Assembly (NCBI GenBank): GCA_965279035.1
Contig: OZ257142.1
Coordinates: forward strand, 2,208,001-2,272,000
Direction: 5' to 3'
DNA: 64,000 nucleotides
Source of the DNA: Bacteroidia bacterium
GTDB lineage: Bacteria > Bacteroidota > Bacteroidia > M30B66
Shown: in pieces, positions 10,021 through 20,400 of the stretch
How the letters are laid out: each line of letters begins with the position of its first letter
How positions within the stretch are numbered: position 1 is the first letter of the stretch
Notes under the pieces: generated by a model
Seen by the model: the letters and a program-made list of their open reading frames with translations, nothing else
Databases searched by the model: none
What the model was told of the DNA's origin: nothing
Program-made: the position numbers and the translations under genes

Positions 10021-12954
10021 ATGCGGTTTGTCAAAATAAAATTAATAAATCAATTCTTCCTTAAATTTTCAACATTATTAGTATTGGGAATTTTAGCGAA
10101 TTCAAATAAAGTATTTTCTTCGAATTCGATAGTAGAGTATGGACATAATACAGAAGTGATTGATGAAATATTGTTAACTGATCAATCATCTACCATTAAT
10201 CAAGGAGATACCGTTGTATTTGATCTTTCACAAGCTACATTAGTCAATGGGAATTTAGAGTTTCCAGTATTTATTATCAGCGATGATCCGAATGTTTTTT
10301 CTCTCGACTTTCAATTTAAATTCAATACTACAAATTTCACATACGATACTGTTTATAATACCTTTAGCTTAACATCACTCCAAGCTAATTTTAATCAAAC
10401 AGATCAAATTTTAAGACTGTTCTCATTTGATGATAATATTTTACCGAATAATGTAAACCTGGTAGCACTTAGTTTTAACTTAAATATACCCGAGTTTTGT
10501 GCTATTAACTTAACGAATATTATCGTTTATTTAAATGGAACTCCATGTAGCTATAAAGTAATTGGTTGTCAAAATCCTTCTGCTAATGCAGGACTTGATC
10601 AAACCGTTTGTTCAGATTTTACCCAATTAACTGGAAATTCCATCATTTCTGGAATTGGTACTTGGACTTTGATTAGTGGATCCGGAATTCTTTCAGATTT
10701 AAATAATCCCAATACGAATGTTACTGGATTATCGCCTGGAGCCAATGTATTTCGTTGGACTTTCCCAGCAACAGCGAATTCTCCTGAAACCTTTGATGAA
10801 GTTACGATTACACGTAATTTAAATACTTTACAAGCTAATGCTGGTCCCGATATAATAACATGTTCATCAACACTAAATCTAAATGCCGAAATTCCGGTAA
10901 CTGGAATTGGAACCTGGTCATTGGTTCAAGGTATTGCTCAAATTGTTGATGAAAACGAACCCAATTCTTTGCTATTAAATGTATTATCTGGTGAAACCAA
11001 ATTGGAATGGAGAGTTAGTAATGGTTCCTGCCCCGAAACGGCCGATACAGTTTCAATATTCAAAAATGATACAGCATACGCTGGAGTAGATCAAGAATTA
11101 TGTGATATTCAAACTACACTCAATGCCAATGAAATCCCTGGTTTATCTGGATTTTGGAGCGTTATTTTTGGAACAGGTACATTTGCCGATTCTTCTTTAG
11201 CTATTACAACGGTAACAAACCTTTCTCAAGGAATTAATACGTTTCAATGGAATTTAATTAGTTCTAATTGTCCTGATTCAAGCGATCAAGTTTCTATTAC
11301 AATTACATGTAATGCAGCTCCTATTATTATTCAAGATAGCATTAACTCAAACGAAGATAATCTGATTAATGGGAATGTTTTATCCAATGGTGATTTTGAT
11401 CCTGATGGAACTCAATTACAGGCTTCAACTATTCCTTTGAGTGGACCAAATCATGGAAATATTACTATCAATCCCGATGGATCATTCATTTATACACCTG
11501 ATTCAAATTATTACGGTTTAGATACAGTTATTATCAATATTTGCGATCAAGGTATTCCACTTCCTGGATTATGTTCTCCTGACACCTTAATTATTTCAAT
11601 TCAACCAATCAACGATCCTCCAATTGTTCAAAATGAAATCTTAAATACGTTGATTAATATTAGTATTGATGGGAATGTATTGGATAATGATTCAGATATT
11701 GAAAACACATCGCTTTCGGTCGATTTAACAATCATTGATCAAGCTAATCATGGTATTTTTTCAGTCAATTCAGATGGTTCTTTTACTTATACCCCAGATG
11801 GTGTTTTTGTAGGATTTGATACGATTGTTGTTTCTGTTTGTGATTCAGGTTTTCCTTTACCTCCAGAATGTGTGAATGATACCATAATCATTTTTATTTC
11901 ATCAATTAATTTAACTGTAAATGCTGGTGCCGATACTTCAATTTGTGGAACAAGCTTTACTTTATCTGGATACTCATCTCTTCCTGTTGATAGTTCCAAC
12001 TGGACTCAATTACTTGGTCAGGGAACTATTGTAAATCCCAGTCTTGATACAACAAATGTAAATTCATTGTCGATTGGAATAAATACGTTTGTTTATACTG
12101 TAAACTTTAGTGGTATTGGCTTTTCTGATACCATTCAAGTAAATGTGATAGAAAATCCTACACCTGCAAATGCTGGAGAAGATCAACTCATTTGTGGAAA
12201 TTCAATTCAATTGCAAGCCAATAATCCGAGTGTTGGTATAGGATTATGGACAATAATTAATGGTACAGCCAACATTGAAAATCCATCCAATTTTCAAACT
12301 ACTGCTTCGAATTTAAATAGTGGTAATTCCGAATTTTTATGGACTATCACCAATGGAATTTGTTCATCGACAGATACTGTTTTAATTATTTCACAAGTAG
12401 CACCTTCTATTAATTCAGGGAAAGACACCAGTATTTGTGAATATCAACAACCCATTACTCTCCCAATTTTTGTAGAATCACCATACACCTGGTCTTGGTC
12501 TATTGTTAACGGAAATGCAATCATTACCAATGAAGAAACACAGTCACCTATATTCCAGAATTTATCAATTGGAAATAACAGCTTAGTATTAAGCTCATCA
12601 AACGGTCCTTGTTTAGCAACGGATACATTAGAAATTCAAGTATATAATTCTTCCTCTGAATATTGTCAAACTATGGAAATATTTATCCCTGAAGGCTTTT
12701 CACCCAATGGAGATGGAGATTATGATGTTTTCAAAATTTTGAATTTGAATGGACTTACAGCTCATGTTCAAATTTTTAATCGCTGGGGTAATTTGGTTTA
12801 TGAAAGCGAAAATTATCAAAACGATTGGATTGGAAACTCCAACCAAGGAGTTGTTTTATTTGGAAATGAACTTCCTGCTGGAACGTATTACTATATTATC
12901 CAAATTGAAGGTGAAACTGATGCACGTAAAGACTATCTGACACTATGGAGATGA
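10021..12954 (+). CDS. Adhesin-like T9SS cargo with type B (gliding motility-associated) CTD and N-terminal cohesin-like domain
   Basis: Repeated 'ANAGxDQxxC...GIGTW' Ig units, two cadherin/Big_9-like units ('GSFxYTPD'), CTD 'IPEGFSPNGDG...IFNRWGNLVY...GTYYY'. Confidence 0.88.
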   Translation: MRFVKIKLINQFFLKFSTLLVLGILANSNKVFSSNSIVEYGHNTEVIDEILLTDQSSTINQGDTVVFDLSQATLVNGNLEFPVFIISDDPNVFSLDFQFKFNTTNFTYDTVYNTFSLTSLQANFNQTDQILRLFSFDDNILPNNVNLVALSFNLNIPEFCAINLTNIIVYLNGTPCSYKVIGCQNPSANAGLDQTVCSDFTQLTGNSIISGIGTWTLISGSGILSDLNNPNTNVTGLSPGANVFRWTFPATANSPETFDEVTITRNLNTLQANAGPDIITCSSTLNLNAEIPVTGIGTWSLVQGIAQIVDENEPNSLLLNVLSGETKLEWRVSNGSCPETADTVSIFKNDTAYAGVDQELCDIQTTLNANEIPGLSGFWSVIFGTGTFADSSLAITTVTNLSQGINTFQWNLISSNCPDSSDQVSITITCNAAPIIIQDSINSNEDNLINGNVLSNGDFDPDGTQLQASTIPLSGPNHGNITINPDGSFIYTPDSNYYGLDTVIINICDQGIPLPGLCSPDTLIISIQPINDPPIVQNEILNTLINISIDGNVLDNDSDIENTSLSVDLTIIDQANHGIFSVNSDGSFTYTPDGVFVGFDTIVVSVCDSGFPLPPECVNDTIIIFISSINLTVNAGADTSICGTSFTLSGYSSLPVDSSNWTQLLGQGTIVNPSLDTTNVNSLSIGINTFVYTVNFSGIGFSDTIQVNVIENPTPANAGEDQLICGNSIQLQANNPSVGIGLWTIINGTANIENPSNFQTTASNLNSGNSEFLWTITNGICSSTDTVLIISQVAPSINSGKDTSICEYQQPITLPIFVESPYTWSWSIVNGNAIITNEETQSPIFQNLSIGNNSLVLSSSNGPCLATDTLEIQVYNSSSEYCQTMEIFIPEGFSPNGDGDYDVFKILNLNGLTAHVQIFNRWGNLVYESENYQNDWIGNSNQGVVLFGNELPAGTYYYIIQIEGETDARKDYLTLWR

Positions 12955-13880
12955 TTTTATTGAAAAAATCCAGACTGATAATTTTGTTGTTCATTATTCC
13001 TTTTGCACTTTCTGGGCAACAGGATCCAATGTATAGCATGTATATGTTTAGTCCTATGTCGATTAATCCGGCTTATGCAGGAACAACTGAACAAATACAA
13101 GCAGTTGGAGTATTTCGGCGACAATGGTTGAATTTTCCTGGTTCACCTCAAACTGCTATCTGTTCATTTCATGGACCTTTGAAAAAAGAAAATATGGGTT
13201 TGGGCTTTAGCTTAGTGAATGATCGATTAGGCGAAATGCAAACAACTGGATTTAATGCAGCTTATGCATATCGAGTGAAATTATCAAAATCAACACTTTC
13301 ATTTGGACTTCAAGCAGGAATTCGGAATTTCAATATTAAACTTTCGGAAGTTCAATTGGCACCTGTGAATCAGTACGATGCTGCTTTTACAAATAATAGT
13401 TCAAGTTGGAATGCGAATGTTGGTTTCGGTGTATTTTGGTATAGTGAAAAGTGGTACGCTGGTTTAAGTATGCCACATTTGAGAAATCATCTTTTAAGTG
13501 ATCAACAAATCAATACAAATGATGTTGCTCGATTGAAAACACATTATAATTTATATGGAGGCTATGTTTTCAAGCTAAATGATGAATTTAAAATAAAGCC
13601 TTCATTATTAATTAAAGAAGTTGCCGGAGCTCCATTGCAAGTTGATATAAACACCAACGTGTATTGGAAAAATTCATATGGTTTAGGATTAAGTTATAGA
13701 ACAGGAAGTGCACTCGTTTTATTAGCCGAAGTCAAAGCAACGAATAACTTACGCATTGGATATGCTTTCGACATTCAAATTAACAAACTAGCTAAATCGG
13801 TTGGTAGCACTCACGAATTAATGCTTCGCTACGATTTTCTAGTGAATAAAAACAGATCGTTTACCGAGCGAGATTTTTAA
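12951..13880 (+). CDS. PorP/SprF family T9SS outer membrane protein
   Basis: 'QQDPMYSMYMF...INPAYAG', 'RRQW...PQT', 'RIGYAFD', 'THELMLRYDF'. ATGA overlap with the upstream type B CTD gene, the expected pairing. Confidence 0.93.
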   Translation: MILLKKSRLIILLFIIPFALSGQQDPMYSMYMFSPMSINPAYAGTTEQIQAVGVFRRQWLNFPGSPQTAICSFHGPLKKENMGLGFSLVNDRLGEMQTTGFNAAYAYRVKLSKSTLSFGLQAGIRNFNIKLSEVQLAPVNQYDAAFTNNSSSWNANVGFGVFWYSEKWYAGLSMPHLRNHLLSDQQINTNDVARLKTHYNLYGGYVFKLNDEFKIKPSLLIKEVAGAPLQVDINTNVYWKNSYGLGLSYRTGSALVLLAEVKATNNLRIGYAFDIQINKLAKSVGSTHELMLRYDFLVNKNRSFTERDF

Positions 13881-13975
13881 AAATTGACATTCTTTTATAT
13901 TTTCTAAAGAGTATTAAAATTTCAACTCCTGATTTTTAACCTAATATTGTTGTTCATTAAATCATAAATATCCTA

Positions 13976-14941
13976 ATGAAAGCAATAATTTATACCCACT
14001 ATGGACCTCCTGAAGTAGTTAAATTAATGGAAGTTCCAAAGCCCAGCCCAAAGGACAACGAACTATTAGTTAAGAATTATGCATCAACAGTCAATAGAAC
14101 TGATGCAGGCTTTCGAAGTGCAAACTATTTTATATCACGTTTTTGGACTGGCCTATTTCGTCCGAAACACCAAATTCTAGGTTGTGAATTTTCTGGAATT
14201 ATAGAGGAAATTGGAAAGGATGTGAAAACATTCAAGGTAGGGGATCGTGTTTTTGGATTTAATGATAAAACCTGTGGTGGACATGGAGAGTATTTAACAA
14301 TTGCTGAAACAGATGCAGTTGCGATAATACCTGAAGAGATGAACTATTATGAAGCTGCAGCGATAACGGAAGGCGCTCATTATGCTTTAGTAGATATTAG
14401 AGCAGCAAACGTTGAAAAAGGACAAAACGTGTTGGTTTATGGGGCAACTGGAGCAATTGGATCGGCAGCAGTCCAAATCTTAAAACATTTAGGTGCCCGA
14501 GTTACAGCCGTTTGTAATACTAAAAATTGTGATTTAGTAAAATCACTTGGTGCTGATGTAGTGATTGATTTTCAAACACAGGATTTCACACAAACCGTAG
14601 AACAATATCATTTTATTTTTGATTCGGTAGGTAAAAGTTCATTTGGTATTTGTAAAAAGCTACTAACAGAACGAGGTATCTATATTTCAACCGAATTGGG
14701 GAAAAATTCCGAGAATGTATTTTTAGCACTAACAACATCAAAGTTTAGTAAAAAGAAGGTTTTATTTCCAATTCCTTCGATCAGTAAGCAAGACGTGTTG
14801 TTTTTAAAAGAACTCGTTGAACAAGGAGAATTTAAACCAGTCATTGATCGCTATTATCAGTTAGATCAAATTGTTGAAGCATATCATTATGTTGAATCTG
14901 GACAGAAAATAGGAAATGTAATCATTAAAATAAGAGATTAA
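13976..14941 (+). CDS. NAD(P)-dependent medium-chain dehydrogenase / quinone oxidoreductase-like protein
   Basis: 'YGPPEVV', 'ILGCEFSG', 'VLVYGATGAIGSAAVQ', 'KPVIDRYY'. Confidence 0.9.
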   Translation: MKAIIYTHYGPPEVVKLMEVPKPSPKDNELLVKNYASTVNRTDAGFRSANYFISRFWTGLFRPKHQILGCEFSGIIEEIGKDVKTFKVGDRVFGFNDKTCGGHGEYLTIAETDAVAIIPEEMNYYEAAAITEGAHYALVDIRAANVEKGQNVLVYGATGAIGSAAVQILKHLGARVTAVCNTKNCDLVKSLGADVVIDFQTQDFTQTVEQYHFIFDSVGKSSFGICKKLLTERGIYISTELGKNSENVFLALTTSKFSKKKVLFPIPSISKQDVLFLKELVEQGEFKPVIDRYYQLDQIVEAYHYVESGQKIGNVIIKIRD

Positions 14942-15124
14942 ATTTCCAACTTGAATCTCTTCTGATTCAATTGATTTATAAAATTGGGTTTTGGGATTGT
15001 ATAATTTTAATTTTATGTAATTATTATTCAATTATTAAATTACATGTTTTTAATTTATGAAATTTGGTGAAAACCAAACATTTCCTAATTTGGTCTGATT
15101 CTAAAAACTAATAATTAAATAATC

Positions 15125-15508
15125 ATGGAAAAATTAAGTGCAACAACGAATTCATTGAATTGGTTTGAAATTCCAGTTAACGATGCAAACAGAGCCAAAC
15201 ACTTTTACGAGACTGTGTTTGATATTGAAATGTTCTCGATGGATATGATGGGAAGGATCATGGTCATGTTTCCTTCACAAAGTCCAAAATCGGGTGGGGC
15301 ATTGGTAAAAAGTCCAAATCATAAACCAAGTACAGAAGGTTCGATCATTTATTTAAATGGAAATCCTGATCTACAAAGGGTATTAGATCGTATTGAAGCT
15401 GCTGGTGGTAAAATAACGATGCCCAAAACAAGCATTGGAGAAAATGGATTTATGGCATTCTTTCTCGATACAGAAGGAAATTTAGTTGGTGTTCATTCGG
15501 GGATGTAA
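15125..15508 (+). CDS. VOC (glyoxalase/bleomycin resistance) family protein
   Basis: 'NWFEIPVND..RAKHFY', 'AAGGKI', 'FLDTEGN'. Confidence 0.9.
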   Translation: MEKLSATTNSLNWFEIPVNDANRAKHFYETVFDIEMFSMDMMGRIMVMFPSQSPKSGGALVKSPNHKPSTEGSIIYLNGNPDLQRVLDRIEAAGGKITMPKTSIGENGFMAFFLDTEGNLVGVHSGM

Positions 15509-15630
15509 TTTATTTCTTTCAGCAAATATGTTTTTTTAAGAGATAATCAATAAGCAAAGAAATAGTAAACTCTATTTCTTAATCGAAGAAAAAGATTATT
15601 TCAAAATAAACACCCTAAAACAATCTAGTA

Positions 15631-16230
15631 ATGAAAAGGGCGATCTTTATTCTACTTGTGGTTTTTGCAGTTTCTATTGGTAAAACATTCGCTCAGGCAG
15701 GGCTTTATCAAACTAGTTATTTGGAATATTATAACCCTTCGGGTGATCAACTCAGAACTTGTTATGTATGGAATTCGAAAACTGGTGATGCAATTCGATA
15801 TTACTATAACGATGATAAAAAATGGACTAAATCATCAGCAGAATTGCCTAAAAATCCAATGGGAATAACAGGTAATGAAGTAGGGGAGATAATGATGACT
15901 GCATTCGAATACTATACACCTAAAGGAAATCAATACCGAACCATTTATTATTGGAATACTAAAACAGGTAAATCAATTCGGTACTATTATTCTGATGCTG
16001 AAAAATGGGAAAAATCAACAGCCGAATTGGTTGCTATTCCAATAGCTTCTTCTGGGAAAGTAGGAGAAATTACCTTATCTGTTCTCGAGTATTTTAATTC
16101 ATCAGGAGATCAAAACCGAGCTATAATGTATATGAACACCATAACTGGTAAATCAGCTCGCTACTATTATTCGGAAGATGAAAAATGGATGAAATCGGAT
16201 GTTGCTTTACCTGATAATCCTCTGAATTAA
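15631..16230 (+). CDS. Secreted hypothetical protein of three ~60-aa tandem repeats
   Basis: Signal peptide (FAQ), then three copies of EY(Y/F)xxxG(D/N)QxR...TGxxxRYYYxxxxKWxKS. Confidence 0.85.
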   Translation: MKRAIFILLVVFAVSIGKTFAQAGLYQTSYLEYYNPSGDQLRTCYVWNSKTGDAIRYYYNDDKKWTKSSAELPKNPMGITGNEVGEIMMTAFEYYTPKGNQYRTIYYWNTKTGKSIRYYYSDAEKWEKSTAELVAIPIASSGKVGEITLSVLEYFNSSGDQNRAIMYMNTITGKSARYYYSEDEKWMKSDVALPDNPLN

Positions 16231-16305
16231 GTTCATTTTATCTTTATAACCTGGTTTGAATTTACCAAAATTTGATATTGATATTTGCTTTTCTTTCATT
16301 CTCAT

Positions 16306-16485
16306 ATGACAGAAAACAAGAAAAAGTATACAGGGAATGGAATCGGAATTGGTGCAGCACTCGGAGTCGCTTTGGGTGCTGCTTATGGCTATTCTTCTGG
16401 GAATTATATGAAGTGTATTGCTTTGGGTTTGGCAATTGGTGTTGCTATCGGGGCAATCTTTGACTTTACTCGAACTAAAGGATAG
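16306..16485 (+). CDS. Small glycine-zipper membrane protein
   Basis: ATG at 16306; two GxxxG-rich hydrophobic segments (GIGIGAALGVALG; GLAIGVAIGAIF). Confidence 0.7.
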   Translation: MTENKKKYTGNGIGIGAALGVALGAAYGYSSGNYMKCIALGLAIGVAIGAIFDFTRTKG

Positions 16486-16611
16486 GATTTATTTAAACAT
16501 CAGGATTATTTAAATTCGTTCATTCTAATTCTGATTTATTCATTTTACTTGAGAATATGTTAGATTTGAAAATTGAATTAAGCATTTTGCATTCTTGAAA
16601 ATAATTTACCG

Positions 16612-17247
16612 ATGAAACTAAAAATCATTTTTATTTTTTGTTTGAGCTTTAGCTCTTTAATCCTATCTGCTCAAAAAAATCTGCAATGGGGAAAGAAGCT
16701 TGAAATTGGACAAAAAACAGGTATCTATCAGACACTTGAAGATTTAAAGAATGATAAAATTGTTGAATTAGAAGGAAAAATTACTAATACAACACCCGAT
16801 TTCTTCCAGGTTGGGAAAAAATACACCATGTTTAAAAAAGCCGATTTTGCTGGTTATCGTGACGAATTCGGAAATAGAATTAGAATCATAAATGGAAAAG
16901 GATATATTGTATTATCCTATGGGAAAATAAATCTGTATTCGAGAGAATATGGCTTTAATACTACTGGAAGCGACGGAAGTGTTGAAAGGAATCCAATTGA
17001 TTATAACCACACCGAACTCTTTTATTCGTTCTCTGAAGATGATGAACCCGTATTATTGAAAGGTTGGGATGCCAAAAACAATGTGAAAATAGCGTCTTTA
17101 TTATTCAAAGACAATGCTACTGTAAGTAATGCCTATATAAATGATACAAGCGACGATTATGATTATAGTGTTAAAAATGCATTTACAGATAACGCTGAAC
17201 GTTTAATTCATTACGTTGATATGTATAATGGATTGGTGAATGAGTAA
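16612..17247 (+). CDS. Secreted hypothetical protein
   Basis: Signal peptide (LSAQ); TAGATTTG -7 element at 16561-16568; no family recognised. Confidence 0.7.
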   Translation: MKLKIIFIFCLSFSSLILSAQKNLQWGKKLEIGQKTGIYQTLEDLKNDKIVELEGKITNTTPDFFQVGKKYTMFKKADFAGYRDEFGNRIRIINGKGYIVLSYGKINLYSREYGFNTTGSDGSVERNPIDYNHTELFYSFSEDDEPVLLKGWDAKNNVKIASLLFKDNATVSNAYINDTSDDYDYSVKNAFTDNAERLIHYVDMYNGLVNE

Positions 17248-17350
17248 TGATTACACCTAATTATTGTTAAAAATAATAATAATATGATTTCTCATTTTCA
17301 TTTACTGCCCAAGGTTTCCAAATAAAGCATTTCTAAAAGAAAGAATAGAA

Positions 17351-17358
17351 TATCTTTG
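17351..17358 (+). promoter_or_regulatory. Bacteroidota -7 promoter element (TAnnTTTG)
   Basis: TATCTTTG about 90 bp upstream of the probable ATG at 17448. Confidence 0.45.
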
Positions 17359-17447
17359 AAAAATTCGAGATTCACCAGTGCTGAAGGATTGTATTTAGTT
17401 CTAACACTTGAGGGGATTTTTTAAATCAGGCATTGATTCAAATTCTT

Positions 17448-20400
17448 ATGGGGTGTTACTTTAGATTATTGTCCTTTCTTTTTCTACTTTCTTCTCAACT
17501 AATAGCACAGCAATCAAACCCGATTCAACAACCCGAAATTCCCAGTTGTTTTGCGGATGAACTATTGAGAATTAAACGTTTAAATAATCCTTCGATTCAT
17601 ACTCGTATGTCGATAATGAATGAACGGATTAGTCGAAAGATCCATTCGGGTAATCAACGTGATATGCTAAGCATTCCTGTTGTGGTGCATGTGATTCATC
17701 AGAATGGATTGGAGAATATCTCTGATTTTCAGATTCATCAGGGAATTGCTGATTTAAATGCAGCCTTTGCAAATGAAGGGGCTTACTTTAATCCGAGTGG
17801 AGTAAATACCAATATTCAGTTTTGTTTAGCGGTGAGAGGGCCGGGGGGCGAATTTACGAACGGTATTAATCGCTATGAATCTCCTTTGACCAATGTAACT
17901 GCCGAAACACAAGATTCAGATTTGAAGAACATCGTGCGCTGGGATTCAAATAAGTACTTGAATATTTGGTTGGTGAACGAAATTACGTCCCTATCTATGG
18001 GAACCGGAATTGCTGGTTATGCATATTTTCCTACTTCTCAAGGACAGAGCGAAGATGGGATTGTTAACGAAGCTCGATTCTTTGGCAGCACTCCCGATAA
18101 TTCAAAAGTTCACATTCACGAGGCTGGACATTATCTAGGACTTTACCACACATTTGAAGGTTCATGCACGAATACTAATTGTCAATTAGATGGAGACCGA
18201 GTGTGTGATACGCCTCCCGATAATTCTACGGCGCCCATTGTGTGTGGTAGTTCGGTGAATTCCTGTACATCCGACGATGATGACCTGAGTGCAAATAATC
18301 CATTTCGTCCTATTGCCAATGGAGGAACTGGCGACCAGCCCGATATGTTCCAGAATTACATGGATTATGGCTATCAAAGTTGTCAGTTCAAATTTACTTT
18401 GGGACAGTCGGATCGGATGAATGCTGCATTAACGACCGAACGAGCCATCTTGCTTGAATCGGATGGATGTATTACTCCTTGTTTGAATCAGTTTGTAATA
18501 ATAGATTTTTCTTCCGATGCCACCGAAATTACTACAGGAGATTCCATTCATTTTACCGGTGCTACGACTTTTCCTGTGAATGTTGAATGGAAAATAAATT
18601 CGAATACAGTAGCAAGCACCAACAATTTCGCTTGGCAATTCAATCAGCCGGGAACTTATACGGTTACGCTTACAGCCTATAGCGATGATCCCGCTTGTAC
18701 GCAAGTTCGCACAATGAGCATTCAAGTAAATTGTGCAGCACGTGCGTATTTCGATTTAAATACAACAGGTAGCTATTTCACTCCGGGTTTGCCTGTCACT
18801 GCTAATAATACTTCGGTGAATGGGGTTTCATATGTGTGGCATCTCGATGGAAATTCGCTCTCTTCAGGATTCAATTGGCAACAAACATTTACTATTCCGG
18901 GTGGACATTCGCTTTACCTAGTTACCACGGGAACAACATGCAGTGATACTTCATCTACAAAGTTTTTTCAAGTAGGAAATTGTGACTTATCAGGTGTAAC
19001 GCGCAATTGGGAAATCTATAAGAATCACTTCACGTTTCAAACCGATGGTCAATTGATTCAAGCGAGTACGAACGCCATTATGCCCGATGGTGTTGAAAGT
19101 AGTTCCACTATTTCGGATGCCGATGGAAACCTGCTCTTATTCTCGGATGGATTAAGTGTATGGGATAGAAACGAAAACCTCATGCCCAACGGAACGGGAT
19201 TATTGGGGCATTATTCGTCTACGCAAGGTTCTATCATTGTTCCGCATCCCGGAAATCCGCATCAGTACTTTGTATTTACAAGCGATGCCTATGAAAACGA
19301 TTTTACTGTGGGCTTGCATTACAGCATTGTTGATATGCAACTTAATGGTGGTTTGGGCGATGTGACCGAAACCAAAAACGTATTGTTGCTTATCGGCACC
19401 AACGAAAAGTTAAGTGCTACCTGGCATGCCAACGGACACGACATTTGGATTGGAACAGGGGCAGGGCATAGTAATGCTTGGTATGCTTTTTTAATTGATG
19501 ATGCTGGAGTGCATGCAACACCAGTGGTTTCGCACATTGGAGCAGCTCCTTCAGTTGCTATCGGGGCAATGAAATTTTCGCATGATGGAAATCGGATGGC
19601 TGCCTGTATGTTAACCGAATGGCCTTGGCGTATGTTACTTGCCGACTTCGATAAAGAAACAGGCGTTTATTACAATCCTAAGGAACTGCTTTTAAGTTCA
19701 GAATTCAACGAACAAGTATTTGGTCTTGAGTTTTCACCCGATAATTCGAAGCTGTATGTAAGTATTATTCTTGGCGGTAATATTTTTCAGTACGATTTGA
19801 GCTACACGACTGCCTCTCAAATAATGGCATCTCGCATTACAATTGATCCCTATGAGACCATTAATTTTGGTCACCTTTTATTGGCACCCGATGGGAAAAT
19901 ATACATCAATGCAGGAGGACAGTTGGATGCCATTCCGAACCCGAATTTGGCAGGAATGGCCTGTGGTTACCAATCAAACGTAGTGACCTTGCCTCCACCA
20001 CAGATCTATACCAGTTTACCCAATATGCTGCAGGGCTTTTATAGTGCGCATCAACCCAATATTGCAGGACCGTTAAACATGTGCAAAGGAGGAATTTCAT
20101 ATAACTACGGCATTACACTCGAATCGGCTGAAGATTCTGCTATCTGGACACATTCTGGTCCGGCTACCTTGATGGCTGGCAATGGAAATACAACCGCAAT
20201 GCTTATCAGTGGAAATACCCCTGGTACAGACATACTGAGTGTGATTATTTACGGGCGATGCGGGATCAGTAGAGATACCATCATCATCCACACCAACAGC
20301 CCCGAAACAACTGTGCTTCCTGAGACGGGATTTGCTTGTGATACGAACCTGATTCTTAATCCGGGAAATGATTTTCTATCGTATTACTGGCAAGATGGGG

